Assembly: GCF_964194155.1 (NCBI RefSeq)
Contig: NC_135881.1
Coordinates: 204,104,001-204,168,000, forward strand
Direction of reading: 5' to 3'
Length of the DNA: 64,000 bases
Source of the DNA: Cetorhinus maximus
Taxonomy: Eukaryota
In this document: in pieces, positions 24,200 through 36,518 of the stretch
How positions within the stretch are numbered: position 1 is the first letter of the stretch
Layout: each line of letters starts with the position of its first letter
Made by a program: the position numbers and the translations under genes
Notes under the pieces: generated by a model
The model's input: only the letters and a program-made list of their open reading frames with translations
Told to the model about the DNA's origin: nothing
The model's database searches: none

Positions 24200-24420
24200 A
24201 ATGTTATGTTAATTGTATTGTTAAGGTTAAGGATAAATGTGGAGGGTATTGATTGATTAAATATCTTGAGTACATATAAAGGGGGACTGCTGGGACACTG
24301 AGTTGGTAGGTAGGAAGCAGACATTCCTCTTGCTGCATTCTGTAAGTAAACAAACTATCAAGACAAGGAATTGCATCTTGTTTCATACTTCACCACCTGA
24401 CTTGGGACCCATTTATTAGC
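24200..24420 (+). mobile_element. Possible short solo LTR
   Basis: Starts TGTTATG, TATAAA near 24275, AGTAAA near 24345; right end degenerate. Confidence 0.3.
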
Positions 24421-24521
24421 GATCTTCCTCAGGCCAGGTCCTCTGCTCATTTCTCCATGCCTCATGATCATGTGCTTTCCTCTTCAGTTGCTCACTGGAG
24501 TCTCCCATTTTCAATTGTGGG

Positions 24522-24955
24522 CAAAGCAGCCCACTTGATTGGCACCTCATTCACAAACATTCATTCCCTCCATCACCGACTCACAATGGCAGCAGTGTCT
24601 GCCTTCTACAAGATGCACTGCAGGAATTCACCGAGGCTGCTTAGACAGCACCTTCCAAACCCACGACCATCTAGAAGGACAAGGGCAGCAATGACATAGG
24701 AACACCACCGCCTGGAAGTTCCCATCCAAGCCACTCACCATCCTGACTTGCAAATATATCGCTGTTCCTTCACTGTCGCTGGGTCAAAATCCTGGAACTC
24801 CCTTCCTAACAGCACTGTGGGTGTACCTACACCACATGGACTGGAGCAGTTCAAGAAGGCAGCTTACCACCACCTTTTCAAGAGCAATTGGGGATGGGCA
24901 ATAAATGCTGGCCCAGCCAGCGACGCCCACATCCCGTGATTGAATATAAAAAAAA
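24522..24955 (+). mobile_element. CR1/L2-group LINE 3' end
   Basis: SFTVAGSKSWNSLP...FKKAA.HHL; matches 51040-51480. Confidence 0.85.
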
Positions 24956-26561
24956 ATTGCTGGTTGCCTTATATCATCATTCTCGTTCTCCCTCTTGGTC
25001 TACATCCCTCTAACCTTCCTTCAATCATCTCCTTCAGCAACTTCTCATGCCTTGGAGTATGGCCAATCCAACCTTGCATGTCCTTTCTCTGTGATCTTCA
25101 CTAACGATCTTTCCCCCTCCCGAGAACTTCTTCATTGCTCTCGTGTTCTCTCCATCTTTCTCCAGGACAACATTTGAGTGCTTTCTGGTCTTTGGATGTC
25201 CGCTTTTCTCAAGGTCCACATTTCAGCCCTATAATCTGATACTCAAACAGCATAAACATTTGTCAAAACTTTGTCTTTAGTGCTGGGTGTCTAATTGTAA
25301 AGGTGTTCCATTCTTTTGCACTGATTTTTGTGAATACAAAGAAAACTCAGAAATAAGCCTTTGAAGGTTGCTCGATGTTTTTTTCCCTCACCTGGGAATA
25401 GTGGGTTTGCAGAATAACCTTCCACTGTATCAGTTTAAATCTCTTGATAATGAGCTGAATTAAGCCTGGTTATGGAGGAGTTTGAAGGTTATAAGGATAA
25501 GTATGCACAGACAATATTATATAAAGACTTAACGTTAATGAGGTATTGATAAAAACTACTTGGAACTGTCTGAATTACAATGTGAAGTTAAACATCTGCT
25601 TTCGCTTCAGCGAAATTAGTCAGAAGTCAATCAATATAATTTTATTGAAGTAATGTAGCACAGGAAGGTGTGCATCTTTTAAATGGTTTGATCAAAGGTT
25701 TCCTATTATGACATCTACAAAAGCTGAGTGCTAGTAATTACTGTCCCAACACATGCAATTTGCGCTGGGTTTTCAGTTCATTATTGCTGATGGATTCCGG
25801 ATTTGTGGGTGTAATGATTTTCAAGAGCCATAGCTAATTCTGTACTCCCTAGCCTGAGAGCTAATTATGGTTCTTGATCTATCAAGAGCATCCTGGATGA
25901 AGTCAGCTAACAGCACACAGCATGAGCTGACTGCGGAACCTTCAAGGACTTGTTTTCTCCGTGTGGGGGTTTTAACCCACCGAGCTAATTGGAGGAAGCA
26001 ATTTTTTAAAATATATATTTGTTCACGGGATGTGGGCTTCGCTGGCTGGGCCAGCATTCATTGCCCATCCCTAGTTGCCCTTGAGAAGGTGGTGTGGTAA
26101 ACTGCCTTCTTGAACCTCTGCAGTCCTTGTGGTGTAGGTACACCATTATTCACCTTGTCCAATTTTCCTCCATGTGTCCCCTCTTGCCTTTGACTCTTAC
26201 TAGAGTACAGTAACAGCGCATGTCAGGAATTGAACCTGGGGCTTTTGCTGGTCATTTTTTTTTGCTGGACAAGGGTATAAAATGATATGGAGCCAATGTG
26301 GGTTAGAATCAAATTAGCCATGATTATATTGAACCAAGCTTGAGGGGCTGAATGGCCTCCTTCCGTTCCTGTATTGCAGCCACACTACATCCAGTTAATC
26401 CACTAAATAATCAAAGAGGCTTTGATAGAAATTATTTTTTACTTAAGGCTAAGAAAGTTCTTGAGTTGGGTGAAGCCTTGCATCTGTTAAGGGTTCTGCA
26501 ATAACTCTTAAGGCAATCGAAAGTATTTTTCTGGAGCTAAGTCAACAGGTATTTGACGTGG

Positions 26562-26722
26562 GTAAAGGCAAAATATTGCAGATGCTGGCAATCTGAAACA
26601 AAAACAAAAAATGCTGGGAAAACTCAGCAGGTCTGACAGCATCTGTGGAGAGAAAGACAGAGTCTAGGGAGTACAGATGCTGTCAGACCTGCTGAGTTTT
26701 TCCAGCACTTTTTGTTTTTGTT
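26562..26722. mobile_element. Short fold-back PLE-derived insertion with ~17-bp TSD
   Basis: Arms 26597-26646 / 26673-26722; TSD acaggtatttgacgtgg / atagatatttgacgtgg. Confidence 0.8.
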
Positions 26723-26959
26723 ATAGATATTTGACGTGGCCTGATGCTACCAATGGTGGAGGACTCCGGACTCCAGTTTGGAGACTATTGCTTGGATTGG
26801 ATTTCTGTCAGCCCCCAGTTATTGGAGCTGGATTGTGAGGGGAGGGCTGACCAGCCAAAATATGCCTGGCATTTAATTCATGGGGGGGCTACTTGGGTTT
26901 ATAAGGAGGGGGCATCAAGTATAAAAGCAGAGATCATTGTTGGAACGTTATGAATCACT

Positions 26960-27495
26960 GGTGAGACCTGAGCTGGAGAATTGTGGATAATCCTGGACCA
27001 CTTCACTTCAGGAAAGATGTAAAGGCCTTAGAAGGGACACAAAGGAGATCTATCAGGAACTTACCAGGGATGAGGCACTTCAGTTATGAGGAGAGGCTAG
27101 AAAAGTTCTCTTCAGAACAGAGATGGTTAAGAAGTGAGCTCTTGAGAGACTTTCAAGATGCTGAGAGATTTTGATAAAAGTAGATCAAGGAAAATTATCC
27201 TCACCGGCAAGTCAATAATAATAGATTTAAAATCATTGTCAAAAGGTCTAGGGTGGCGATGAGGAGAAATTTCTCTCACTAAATGAGAAATCAAATCTGA
27301 AATGTTAATGTGGTGGGAGCTGATTTCATGAATAATTTTAAAAGGAAGTTGGACAGGTTCTTGAGGATGAAAAAAATTAAAGGGTTGCAGACAAAAAGGG
27401 GTGCGTGGTACTAAGCACGGCTGTACTTTCTAAAGAGCCGGTATGGACACGACGGGCCAAAAGGCTGCCTCCTGCGCCGGAAGTTTCTATGATTT
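26960..27495 (+). mobile_element. CR1 LINE 3' fragment (old)
   Basis: FRKDVKALEG.QRR...PGMRHFSYEERLE in ORF 26983..27174. Confidence 0.8.
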
Positions 27496-27793
27496 CAAAA
27501 AGCGGCTGTCAGGAAGCCTGTGGCTCGGTGTGTTACACTGCTGGACTGTGGAAGCGTTGAGAAGCCGACTGAAGGAGTGCAGTGGTAGATTTGAACAAAT
27601 TTCTGCTCATAAAGCAGACAGAGATGCTCTCACCAGGAACATGAATTTATTCAAATTGACGAATCTGAGTTTTCGATATGGACCCCTGATGTGTGAAGCA
27701 CTGCTTGTGAACACAATTTAGTAAAAGCAACTCTCTAGTGTATATGGAGAGGTTCCAATAATTCTTTTAGCCTGTTTATGATGTGTTTTCCAG

Positions 27794-27901
27794 CATGCCA
27801 TGATGTTGCCAGTATTGACCCACCATATTCGATACCATCAGTGTCTTATGCACTTGGACAAGCTGCTAGGCTACACGTTTAAGGAGCGCTGTCTCCTCCA
27901 G
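27794..27901 (+). CDS. DROSHA: DROSHA coding exon (108 nt, phase 0-0): HAMMLPVLTHHIRYHQCLMHLDKLLGYTFKERCLLQ
   Basis: ttttccag|CAT ... CAG|gtaaat; matches the Drosha connector helix and start of RNase IIIa. Confidence 0.97.
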
Positions 27902-28653
27902 GTAAATATTCCTTAACTTGTCTTTTTCAATTGTAACGATGTAATAACCACCCTGTGTTCACATTGCTCAAGTCCATGATTCGCGCACCTTGTTCCTAGT
28001 TTTGGTTGGGAAGTTACGGGGCGGGGTGTGTGGAGGGTGTACGTGGCGGGACTGGAGGCTGGTTTCTTGTGGGGGACCCTGTTTTGTTTGGGGGGAGGAG
28101 GAGAATGGGGGATTGGGGTGGGTGGGCTATCTTTCGGCATCCGGTTCGAAATTCCTGCTTCAATCAACGACGCAAATTTGACTTCCTCCGCACCGTAACT
28201 CCTGATGCACACCAGCTAGGCGCCAGCAACAATTGTGCGTACGCACCCGACCCACACTGCGGCTGCTGGCACATGCGCAGTTTCTCCCGCCAAGGCCATT
28301 TTGGTTCTGGGCCAGTTTAACGCTGCAATTTTAACCCCATTAAATGGAACGTCAACTGTCAGGTTTTAAGCGATTTTTTTTTTTCTTCCTTTCTCTTTCT
28401 CCTGAGTGGTCCGGAATTCTGCTTGCAGAATGGTTCACCCCACTCTTAACAACATAGCTACATGACCGCATTACCTCTGAAACTCCGAGTTCGGTATTTG
28501 GTGATGAGAGGGACAGAACGACCAATTGCTTTCGCCGCTTTCCAAGCACCAACCTGGCACAGAAAGAGTTCATTTGCCCAAACATGGAGCGTGCGGCGCT
28601 TTATCAAGGCAGTGAATAAGTTGGAAAATCAATGTGCAGGGAACTTCCACATA

Positions 28654-28725
28654 GCACAGCTGGCTCAGTTGGTAGATAGTGGGACTCTAGATCCCTGGGT
28701 GTGGTTTCAAGCCCCACATTGGGCG
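28654..28725 (+). pseudogene. tRNA-Lys(CTT)-derived pseudogene
   Basis: gcacagctggctcagttggtagatagtgggactctagatccctgggtgtggtttcaagccccacattgggcg aligns end-to-end with vertebrate tRNA-Lys-CTT; anticodon loop, T loop and acceptor stem are mutated. Confidence 0.8.
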
Positions 28726-29059
28726 ATAGATTTATCTCTTTAAAAACAAAATACTCAGTATATGTTTTTATTGATGTTTACCAACTCACTAAAAGGTTAT
28801 GAAAAGGAATTCTGAAGTGGGATTGGGATCCCTCTTTGCCAGAACCAACTCCGAGATCGCTTTGGATTGGTTCCACAATTTGTACTGAGTTCCTACGTCT
28901 TTATTAATTTTTAAATGTAATCCCACTGCACTTTTTTCCTCCCAATTGTGTCACATACGTTTTTTCATTTTCTCTGTAAAGGATTAGGGAACCAGTTCCT
29001 TAATCCAGCCAGGTAGGCCGCTGCTGACTATAGTATCATTGACTGCGTCTACACTTGCT

Positions 29060-29995
29060 TTTCCTGATGTGTATTAATGACTTAGACCTTGGTGTACAGG
29101 ACACAATTTCAAACGTTTGCAGATGATATGAAACTTGGAAGCATTGTGAACTGTGAGGAGGAGAGTGTAGAACTTCAAAAGGACATAGACAAGCTGGTGG
29201 AGTGGGTGGGCAGGTCATAGATGAAGTGATTCATTTTGGTAGGAAGAACATGGAGAGAGAATATAAAACAATTCCAAAGCGGGTGCAGGAGCAGAGGGAC
29301 CTGGGTGTACATGTGCGTAAATCATTGAAGGTGGCAGGACAGGTTGAGAGAGCAGTTAGTAAGGCATACAGTATCCTAGACTTTAAGGGCATAGAGTACA
29401 AGAGCAAGGAGGTTATGTTGAACTTGTACAAGACACTAGTCCAGCCTCAGCTCGAGTAATGCGTCCACAATTTAGGAAAGATGTGATGGGTATTGGAGAA
29501 AGTGCAGCAAATGTTCACGAGAATGGTTTCAGGGATGAGGAACTTCAGTTATGAAGATGGATTGGATAAGTTGGGACTATTTTCCTTTGGAGAAGAGACG
29601 GCTGAGTGGAGATTTGAAAGAATTATTCAAAATCACGAAGGGCCTGGGCACAGTAGATGAGGAGAAACTGTTCCCACTTTCAAAAGGATCGAGAACGGGA
29701 GGGCACAGGTTTAAAGTAATTGGTATAAGTAATTAAAATGAAAGAAGCAAAAATGACATAAAGAAAAAAATTTTCACGCAGCGAATGGTTAAAGTCTGGA
29801 ATACGCTGCTTGTGAGTGTGGTGCAGGCAGGTTCAAATGAAGCATTCAAAGGGGAATTAGACTGTTATCTGAAAAGGAAGAATGTGCACATTATGGGAAG
29901 AAAGTGGGGGAGTGACATTAGGCGAATTGCTCATTTGGAGAGCCAGTGCACACACGATGGGCCGAATGGCCTCCTGTGCTGTAACAATTCTCTGA
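29060..29995 (+). mobile_element. CR1 LINE ORF2 3' fragment
   Basis: FADDMKL RT motif, QRDLGVHV, GIEYKSKEVMLNLYKTLV.PQLE, then the 3' tail. Confidence 0.9.
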
Positions 29996-31004
29996 CTCTA
30001 TGTGCGGGAATTACTCCCCCCTAGTGTTGAGGCATCGTTAAATGCAGCCTTGTTTTAAATCCCATTGCTGATGGTGGGATCTTGCTGTGCAGAGAATGCC
30101 CTGATGTGCCTTTCACAGACATTTACTTCTTTGGAAAATCTGAGAAGGCAAATATTTGCAGGGCCACCAGGAAAAGACAGGGGAGTGGCACCAGAAGGTG
30201 AGCTGCTCCTTCAGAGGGCCAGCACAGACCAGACCGGCCTAATTGCCTCCTTCTGCGCTGTAACCATTCTATGATGCTGATGCAGCAGCCTTTGCCTCTT
30301 AAAAGTTCAGTTCGAACGCGGCATAAGAAGCTACACAGTTTAAAACTATTTGAAAGTTTTCCAATTACTGGAAAAAGTAGGAGGTTGACCTTTTCTTTGT
30401 AACTCAATAGAGAATCAAAATGTCCATTGAAAAACTGCAGGGATTTTAACTCGCTGCTTCTCTTTTATTCATCTGCTGACCCTTGTTTCCTCTGTGGCTA
30501 GACCGAAGACATTCAGAATCTTTGTTTCAGTGTGACTATGAAGCTATGTATTTTCTCACGCGCCAGTGTGGGTTGTTAATGTTTAAAAAAATCTGGTGAT
30601 ATTGTATCCTTATCAATTACTCCAAAAGGTTTGACCTTTTAAGTCAGGAGCTGGCCTTCCATGCTTGACGATTTGTATTCTGCACTGAAATTTGGTGGGA
30701 CAGTTGAGATATCCCTTCATGTGCTAGTGTCTTTTCCTCACTCTTAATCCTGAGTATTTTTGTTTTAACGAGATCACTGAAAATGGAGATTGCAAGTAAA
30801 AAGAAAACCTGTTCTCAGTTGTCCTTTCGCTGAGTTTTAACTCTTGAGACCCTTGAATGTGGAAAGATTGAGACGCTCATTATGGTAAAGTTATCCTCCC
30901 TTTTATGCGTTAGAGCCTTTGAGCAATTTAGATGAATTCAGTTGCTCTTTTCAAAGGGTCAGTTATCCATTTGGACCCTTCCAGTTGCACAAATTGAGGA
31001 GTGT

Positions 31005-31250
31005 CAGCTATGTAACAGTTGGCAGTGCACGTGTCCCTCAACCAGAAGGTTGTAGGTTCAAGACCCACGACAGAGACAAACGTCAAGGCTTGATGCTCCA
31101 GTACGAGGGAGCGCTGCACCGCCGGAGCTGCTGCCTTTGGTCATGAGCCGTCAGACCAAGGTCCGAACTCTCAGACGGGCATTAGGAATCCCAGGGCACT
31201 GTTCCAAAGCGGAGTTATCTCTGGTGTCCTCACAAGCCCGGGATCATAAC
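31005..31250 (+). mobile_element. Decayed tRNA-headed Deu-domain SINE
   Basis: B-box-like ggttcaagaccc and diverged similarity to 44265-44700. Confidence 0.5.
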
Positions 31251-32122
31251 TCAGCACAAGTTGACACCTTTAAAAGGGGAAGGGAGTTGATGAAGAGAGC
31301 ACTTCATTGTTTTAATGAAACGAATAAAATTACTTCTCCCAGATCACTTCTCACCAACAAAATATGCAACGTATCTTTCTGGATGCACTGAACGCAATGT
31401 AAATTGGCAGGGGTCAAGTTTCTGCTTCAGGTGCAAATTGTGCCCAGAGCTTTGCTCATTTTCAAAAGTCTCTCTCTCCAGTTCCTGTTCAAACTCATTT
31501 GCATGTCGGCAAGTCAAACCTGCCTTCAACCAGTGCAACCAGCAATGTTTTAGCTAGATTTTATAAAAGTTTGTTTCAAAATAAAATGTGTTGATGTATT
31601 TGCCAGTAGCAATTTGGTGCAGTTTGATTAAAAGAGTTGAAAAACATCACAATAAATAGATGTTTTTAATCAGGTTGTCTCACCCACCAGCTGCCAGGGA
31701 CCCGATTTTAAACAACTGGTAATGACTTTTCAAAACGACACACAGCCATTTCCTAGTTAGATTGGGATTAAATAGTCAGTTTATTTGTAAACTGTAAACC
31801 AATTATGTTCAAAAGCTTTTAAAACACACCTATTAATATTGTTATGCCTAAAAAAAAATGCTTAATTTTATTAACTCAGGTGATTGTTAGTGGCGACATG
31901 AGGATAAACATTTTACCCAACGAGTGGTTAGGATTGGGAATGCACTGCTTGATAGGGTGGTGGGTACAGATTCAGTAATAGTTTTCAAAAGAGAATTAGG
32001 TAAATATTTGAGGAAGCAACATGGAGAAAGAGTCAGGGACTGGGGCTTACTAGATTGCTCTTTGAAAGATGGGCTGAATGGCCTCCCCTCCACCACTCCC
32101 CTCCTCTGCGGCACTATTGTGT

Positions 32123-32815
32123 GGCCTGAATTTCACACTTGGCCTGTGTGCCAGGTCGGCGGGCACAGATACAGACACGCAATGCGCTTCCGCCCGCGAT
32201 CGGACCCCTGAACGCAGTTTCGTGCCGCCTGGCCAATTAGCGGCCAGCCAAAGTGAAACGTGCACTGAGAAAGCCTCAGTGCTGCTGAAGAGGGCGGGCT
32301 CCGACAACAGCGAGGCTGCGGGCGGGCGGGCACTTCTAGCGAGCTCCCTGAAGGCAGACAGCTGCTGCGGAGCTGCCTCTGGGAGCTGCGGACCTGGGCA
32401 GATTAAATGACCGGGAAGAACGTGCACCAAACTGTGTCCGTGCAGCACATTCAAGCACCCGACAGCAGAACTCAACATACGTCAGTCCCCAGCTGTGTTT
32501 TTTTTAAACTATATTTCGCCCCAGACATTTCATCCCGCCCTTGGATGAGCTTTCGTTAAAACCGTGCCAGTTTTGCCTGTGCGACGAGCGTGAAAACGCA
32601 CGGGCAACGTAAACTCATGGACAACAGGCTTTTTAATGGCCTTATTTGGCCCTTTAATTGTCGGCGGGTGCAATCGGACTCCCGCGCACGCCCGCCGACC
32701 TCAATATTGCTCGCCTGCGCGATGATGTCCGGACACACGCCCGACATCGTCTCGCGCAATTTTGTGTGCGTTTGGGTTGGCTGAGCGCCCGCCTGATCAA
32801 CATAAGATTCCGGCC
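32123..32815. mobile_element. GC/CpG-rich Harbinger-like MITE
   Basis: Termini GGCCTGAATTT...AGATTCCGGCC; related in inverse orientation to 33462-34093. Confidence 0.65.
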
Positions 32816-32844
32816 TGGGATTCCAAACTCTCAGTCATCGATCT

Positions 32845-32910
32845 GGGGGGGTGGGGGGTGGGGTGGTGGGGGTGGGGGAGGTGGGGGGGGGGCGGGCGCG
32901 GTGGGTGGAG
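32845..32910 (+). repeat. G-rich low-complexity tract (G-quadruplex potential)
   Basis: More than six runs of at least 3 G with short spacers. Confidence 0.8.
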
Positions 32911-33461
32911 AGGGTGTGGCCAGTTTTGTGGGCGGGGCCTGCTTCTCGCACCCATGTTTCCCAAACTAGTGCAGGAAAGGTGAGTGGCTCTGAACGTAAT
33001 CGGTGAAGTAGTGAAAAGGTTATAATTTGTTTTTAAATGTGGCATATATGTGACCTTGTACAAGTTTGAAGCAGGATTTCACTAATTGTATTGAACGCAA
33101 CATTGCATTTAACTTTATGTTGAGAGTAATTTTAAATTCATCCTCGGAATGTAGGCAATCGGTTGCTCATCCCTAGTTGCCCTGTCTCGATGCAACTGAT
33201 TGGCTTGTGAGGCCGGGGCAGAGGTGACTTAAGAGTCAACCTCGCTGGGTTGGGCCTGGGGTCGCTGAACAGATCGTGCAAGGATGGCAGGTTTCCTTTC
33301 TTAAAGGGCATCAGTCTACCAGTTGTGTCCTTTTGATGATCTGACAGAGAAGGCGGGAGAATGGGGCTGAGAAACTTATCAGCCAGGATTGAATGGCGGA
33401 GCAGACTCGATGGGCCGAATGGCCTAATTTCTGCTCCTACGACTTATGGTCTTATTCAGAG

Positions 33462-34093
33462 GGGCTGAATTTTTCACTGAGCCAGTGGGCGTGCGCCCTA
33501 CCTGCTCGAGCGCAAAATGACGCCTGATGGTGTCGGGCGATCGTCCCGACCTCATCGTGCACTCGCAAGATATTTCGGTCGGCGGGCGCCCGCGGGAGTC
33601 GGTAGCGGGCCCGCCGACCATTAACAAGGCCGACTACGGCCATTAAAGTATTGATTGAATTCGATCTTTCGCTGCCCGTCCAACCTCACGGCCGCCAGGC
33701 AGGTGAATCGGCCAGGCCGTCTTTGGAATTTTTGCGAAACCTCATCCTGTTTTCAACGGGAATTAAAAATAAAAATACAAAATGTTGGAATGTCGTTTGT
33801 AACGTGTCCCTGCTCATGTGACATGTTTTAAATGGTTGTAAGTTTTTTTTTAATCGCTGATTTTTTAAGAAGATCTGCAACTCCCTGCGGCAGCTCTGTG
33901 CCTCCAGGGAGCTTTTGTTTGCGCGCACTTGCGCAAACCTCCGCGCTTGCCCTCCTCCTGCCCCCGGCAGCGCTCAGCGTGGTAGCACACGTTTCACGCT
34001 GGCTGTTAATCGGCCGGCCAGCGCCAGATTGATGTCGGGGCCCGATCCCAGGCCTACCTCCTGCTCCGGCCCGGCGAGGTAAAAATCCTGCCC
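33462..34093. mobile_element. GC/CpG-rich Harbinger-like MITE
   Basis: TIRs GGGCTGAATTTTT...AAAAATCCTGCCC. Confidence 0.7.
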
Positions 34094-34450
34094 ATAGTGA
34101 TTTTATTTTCCACTGATATCTGCTTTTTAAATTCCAGACCTTTCTTTTTTTTAAAAAGTGTACAAATTCTCTAAAATACTATGGTGGGATTTGAACTCCC
34201 ATTCTCTGGATTATTAGCCCAGTCCTGGATTGCCTATCACGGCGATAATTGAAACAAGTGTTGTTCTGTATAACTCGGGACGTGCTAAACTTAGAAGCAA
34301 GTAGTAGTTCGCACAAGTAATCTTGGGAAAATCAGCGGTAGAGTTATGAATTGCTGGTAAGAGATAGTATTTTATCCTGGGCTTTCTGTTGGATCTTGTT
34401 TATGAGTGGTTAATTCTCTCTGTCCTTGCTTATCTCTGACTTGCCTTTAG

Positions 34451-34589
34451 CTTGCAATGACCCACCCAAGCCACCATCTAAATTTCGGAATGAACCCAGA
34501 TCACGCGAGAAACTCTCTGTCAAACTGTGGCATCCGTCAACCCAAATACGGAGACAGGAAGGTTCATCACATGTACATGAGGAAGAAAG
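34451..34589 (+). CDS. DROSHA: DROSHA coding exon (139 nt, phase 0-1): LAMTHPSHHLNFGMNPDHARNSLSNCGIRQPKYGDRKVHHMYMRKK(G)
   Basis: cctttag|CTT ... AAAG|gtaaat; AMTHPS RNase III motif; overlaps ORF 34457..34651. Confidence 0.97.
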
Positions 34590-35594
34590 GTAAATGGGAC
34601 TCTGGGCCGCGACAGGAGTTGGGTTTTATAACATGTCGGAGAGGCTTATGAGCCATCATACAATCTGGGTTTTCATCTCTCCCAGGAGACCATGTGGTTT
34701 CAGGTGGAGTGGAGGGTGTATGTTTTGCACGGGACAAGTTGGATGGTCCGAAGACCCTCTGGACCATCCAGTCAGTCCCACACAAAATATACACTCTCCA
34801 CTGCACCTGGAACCAAGTGATCTCCCGGGAGAGGTGACAAAACTGATAAAAAGCCTAGCCCAATTTGGGGGAAAAATGTTAGGGAAACTCATCTCCAAGC
34901 CAGGCAGTGTGATTTTAAACTAGCCCAGGGGGGGTCATTCTGCCCCAGGTGTATCTACGTTTTTGTAAGAGGCGATGTCTGCCTCACAGCCAGTAACAAG
35001 ACCAATCTCTTGAAAGAACTCAGTGAGTTAGCATCCATCATGTGAGATTTGGTGAGTCCTTTTTTTTTTGCTCCATCATTCAGAACCACCACGGCTGACC
35101 TTCTGTCTCAGCCCCACTTTCCCGCCCGGTCCCCATATCGCTGTTTCCCTGAGAGACCGAGAACCCCTCTGTCACAGCCTTCAATGAATTTATGACTGAA
35201 CGTCCACGACCCTCTGGGGTTAGAGAATTCCAAAGATTCACAACCCTCAGAGCGAAGTCATTTCTCCTCATCTCAGTCCGAAATGATCGGCCCCTTACCC
35301 TGGCCCTGCTTGTTGTGGTGAAGCGCACAATTCTGTGAGGTTAAGCTTTCAAAGTGCAAGCTCGACAGGACAAGCAAGCCAAAACATTCACGTGGTTTAT
35401 GAATTTCAGAGACAGGATCACACATTTCAGACCACCGTGTGCTCCAGCATCTTAGCATTTATATATTGCTAGGGAATCTGTAGGTATGGCCCACAATACT
35501 CAGTAGTTACTGCGTCTTCTGTCCAGTATTTCGGAGCTTATCTTTTGTCAGTGAATCACTGTGCATTTTCTGTTTCCGTGTTCCTCTTTAACAG

Positions 35595-35655
35595 GCATAA
35601 ACACCTTAATAAACATTATGTCACGCCTTGGTCAAGACGACCCAGCTCCCTCGAG
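35595..35655 (+). CDS. DROSHA: DROSHA coding exon (61 nt, phase 1-2): GINTLINIMSRLGQDDPAPS(R)
   Basis: ttaacag|GC ... TCGAG|gtatg; phases match both neighbouring exons. Confidence 0.97.
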
Positions 35656-35779
35656 GTATGTGTTTGATTTTCTTTTTAGAGAAAGTGCAACTGACCTTTC
35701 CTTCCACCCCTATTTAATTATTGGGGGAAAAAGTGCTACATTGAAGGCTCACAGTTCCTGGAGGCATAATGTGCCACAC

Positions 35780-36042
35780 ATGGCTCAGTGGGTGTCCCTC
35801 CCTACTCTGAGTCGGAAGGTTCAAGTGACTCCCGGTGTAGTATTCTGCATTACGGGATGTGCCATCTTTTTGTATGAGTTAAACCGAGGTCTCGTGGGTG
35901 GATGTAAAAGATGTCATGGCACAATTTTGAAGAAAAGCCAGGCCCATATTTAACCCTCGACCAGTGCCACAAAAAACAGGATTGTCTGCTCATTATCTCA
36001 TTGCTGTTGTGGAAGCTTGCTGTGCACAAATTGGTTGCCCCA
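35780..36042 (+). mobile_element. Deu-domain SINE, partial
   Basis: tggctcagtggg head; gagttaaaccgaggtc...gatgtaaaagat.catggcac...gaagaa Deu core. Confidence 0.7.
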
Positions 36043-36111
36043 ATCAGAAATAAGGGAAGTTAGAGCCCAATAAAAAAAAGGTTAAACAATATACAGTTAA
36101 GAGTATAAAAA

Positions 36112-36518
36112 TCTATACCTGTAATGCCCTGTCAGTCTTTCCACCCCACCCCCATAGAGCTGTACCTTGAGTGTCCTGCCATCCATTCTTAATTAGCACA
36201 TTTTCTTAGATAATATCACCACCTTTAACACCTCTTTGTTCCTTTTGTCTGTGACATCTTTTGATTATCTGCTCCTATCACTGCTTGCTTGTCCCTACAA
36301 CCACCCCCCACCCCAACTTCTCTCCCCCATCCCCCCCTCCCTTTAAACCAGCTTATATTTCACCCCTCTCCTAACTTTACTCAGTTCTGCTGAAGGGTCA
36401 TGAGGACTCGAAATGTCAATTCTTTTCTTCTCCGCCGATGCTGCCAGACCTGCTGAGTTTTTCCAGGTAATTCTGTTTTTGTTTTGGATTTCCAGCATCC
36501 ACAGTAGTTTTTTGTTTT
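36112..36518 (+). mobile_element. PLE family B pLTR with core-mutated hammerhead (36383-36420)
   Basis: Reverse complement of 51590-51850 and 12014-12330; CUGcUGA...GAAA; flanked by tataaaaat repeats. Confidence 0.85.

Noticed and set aside
32050-34032. Cluster of overlapping ORFs, including a poly-Gly one
   Set aside because: Explained by high GC of the MITEs and the G tract, which depletes stop codons.
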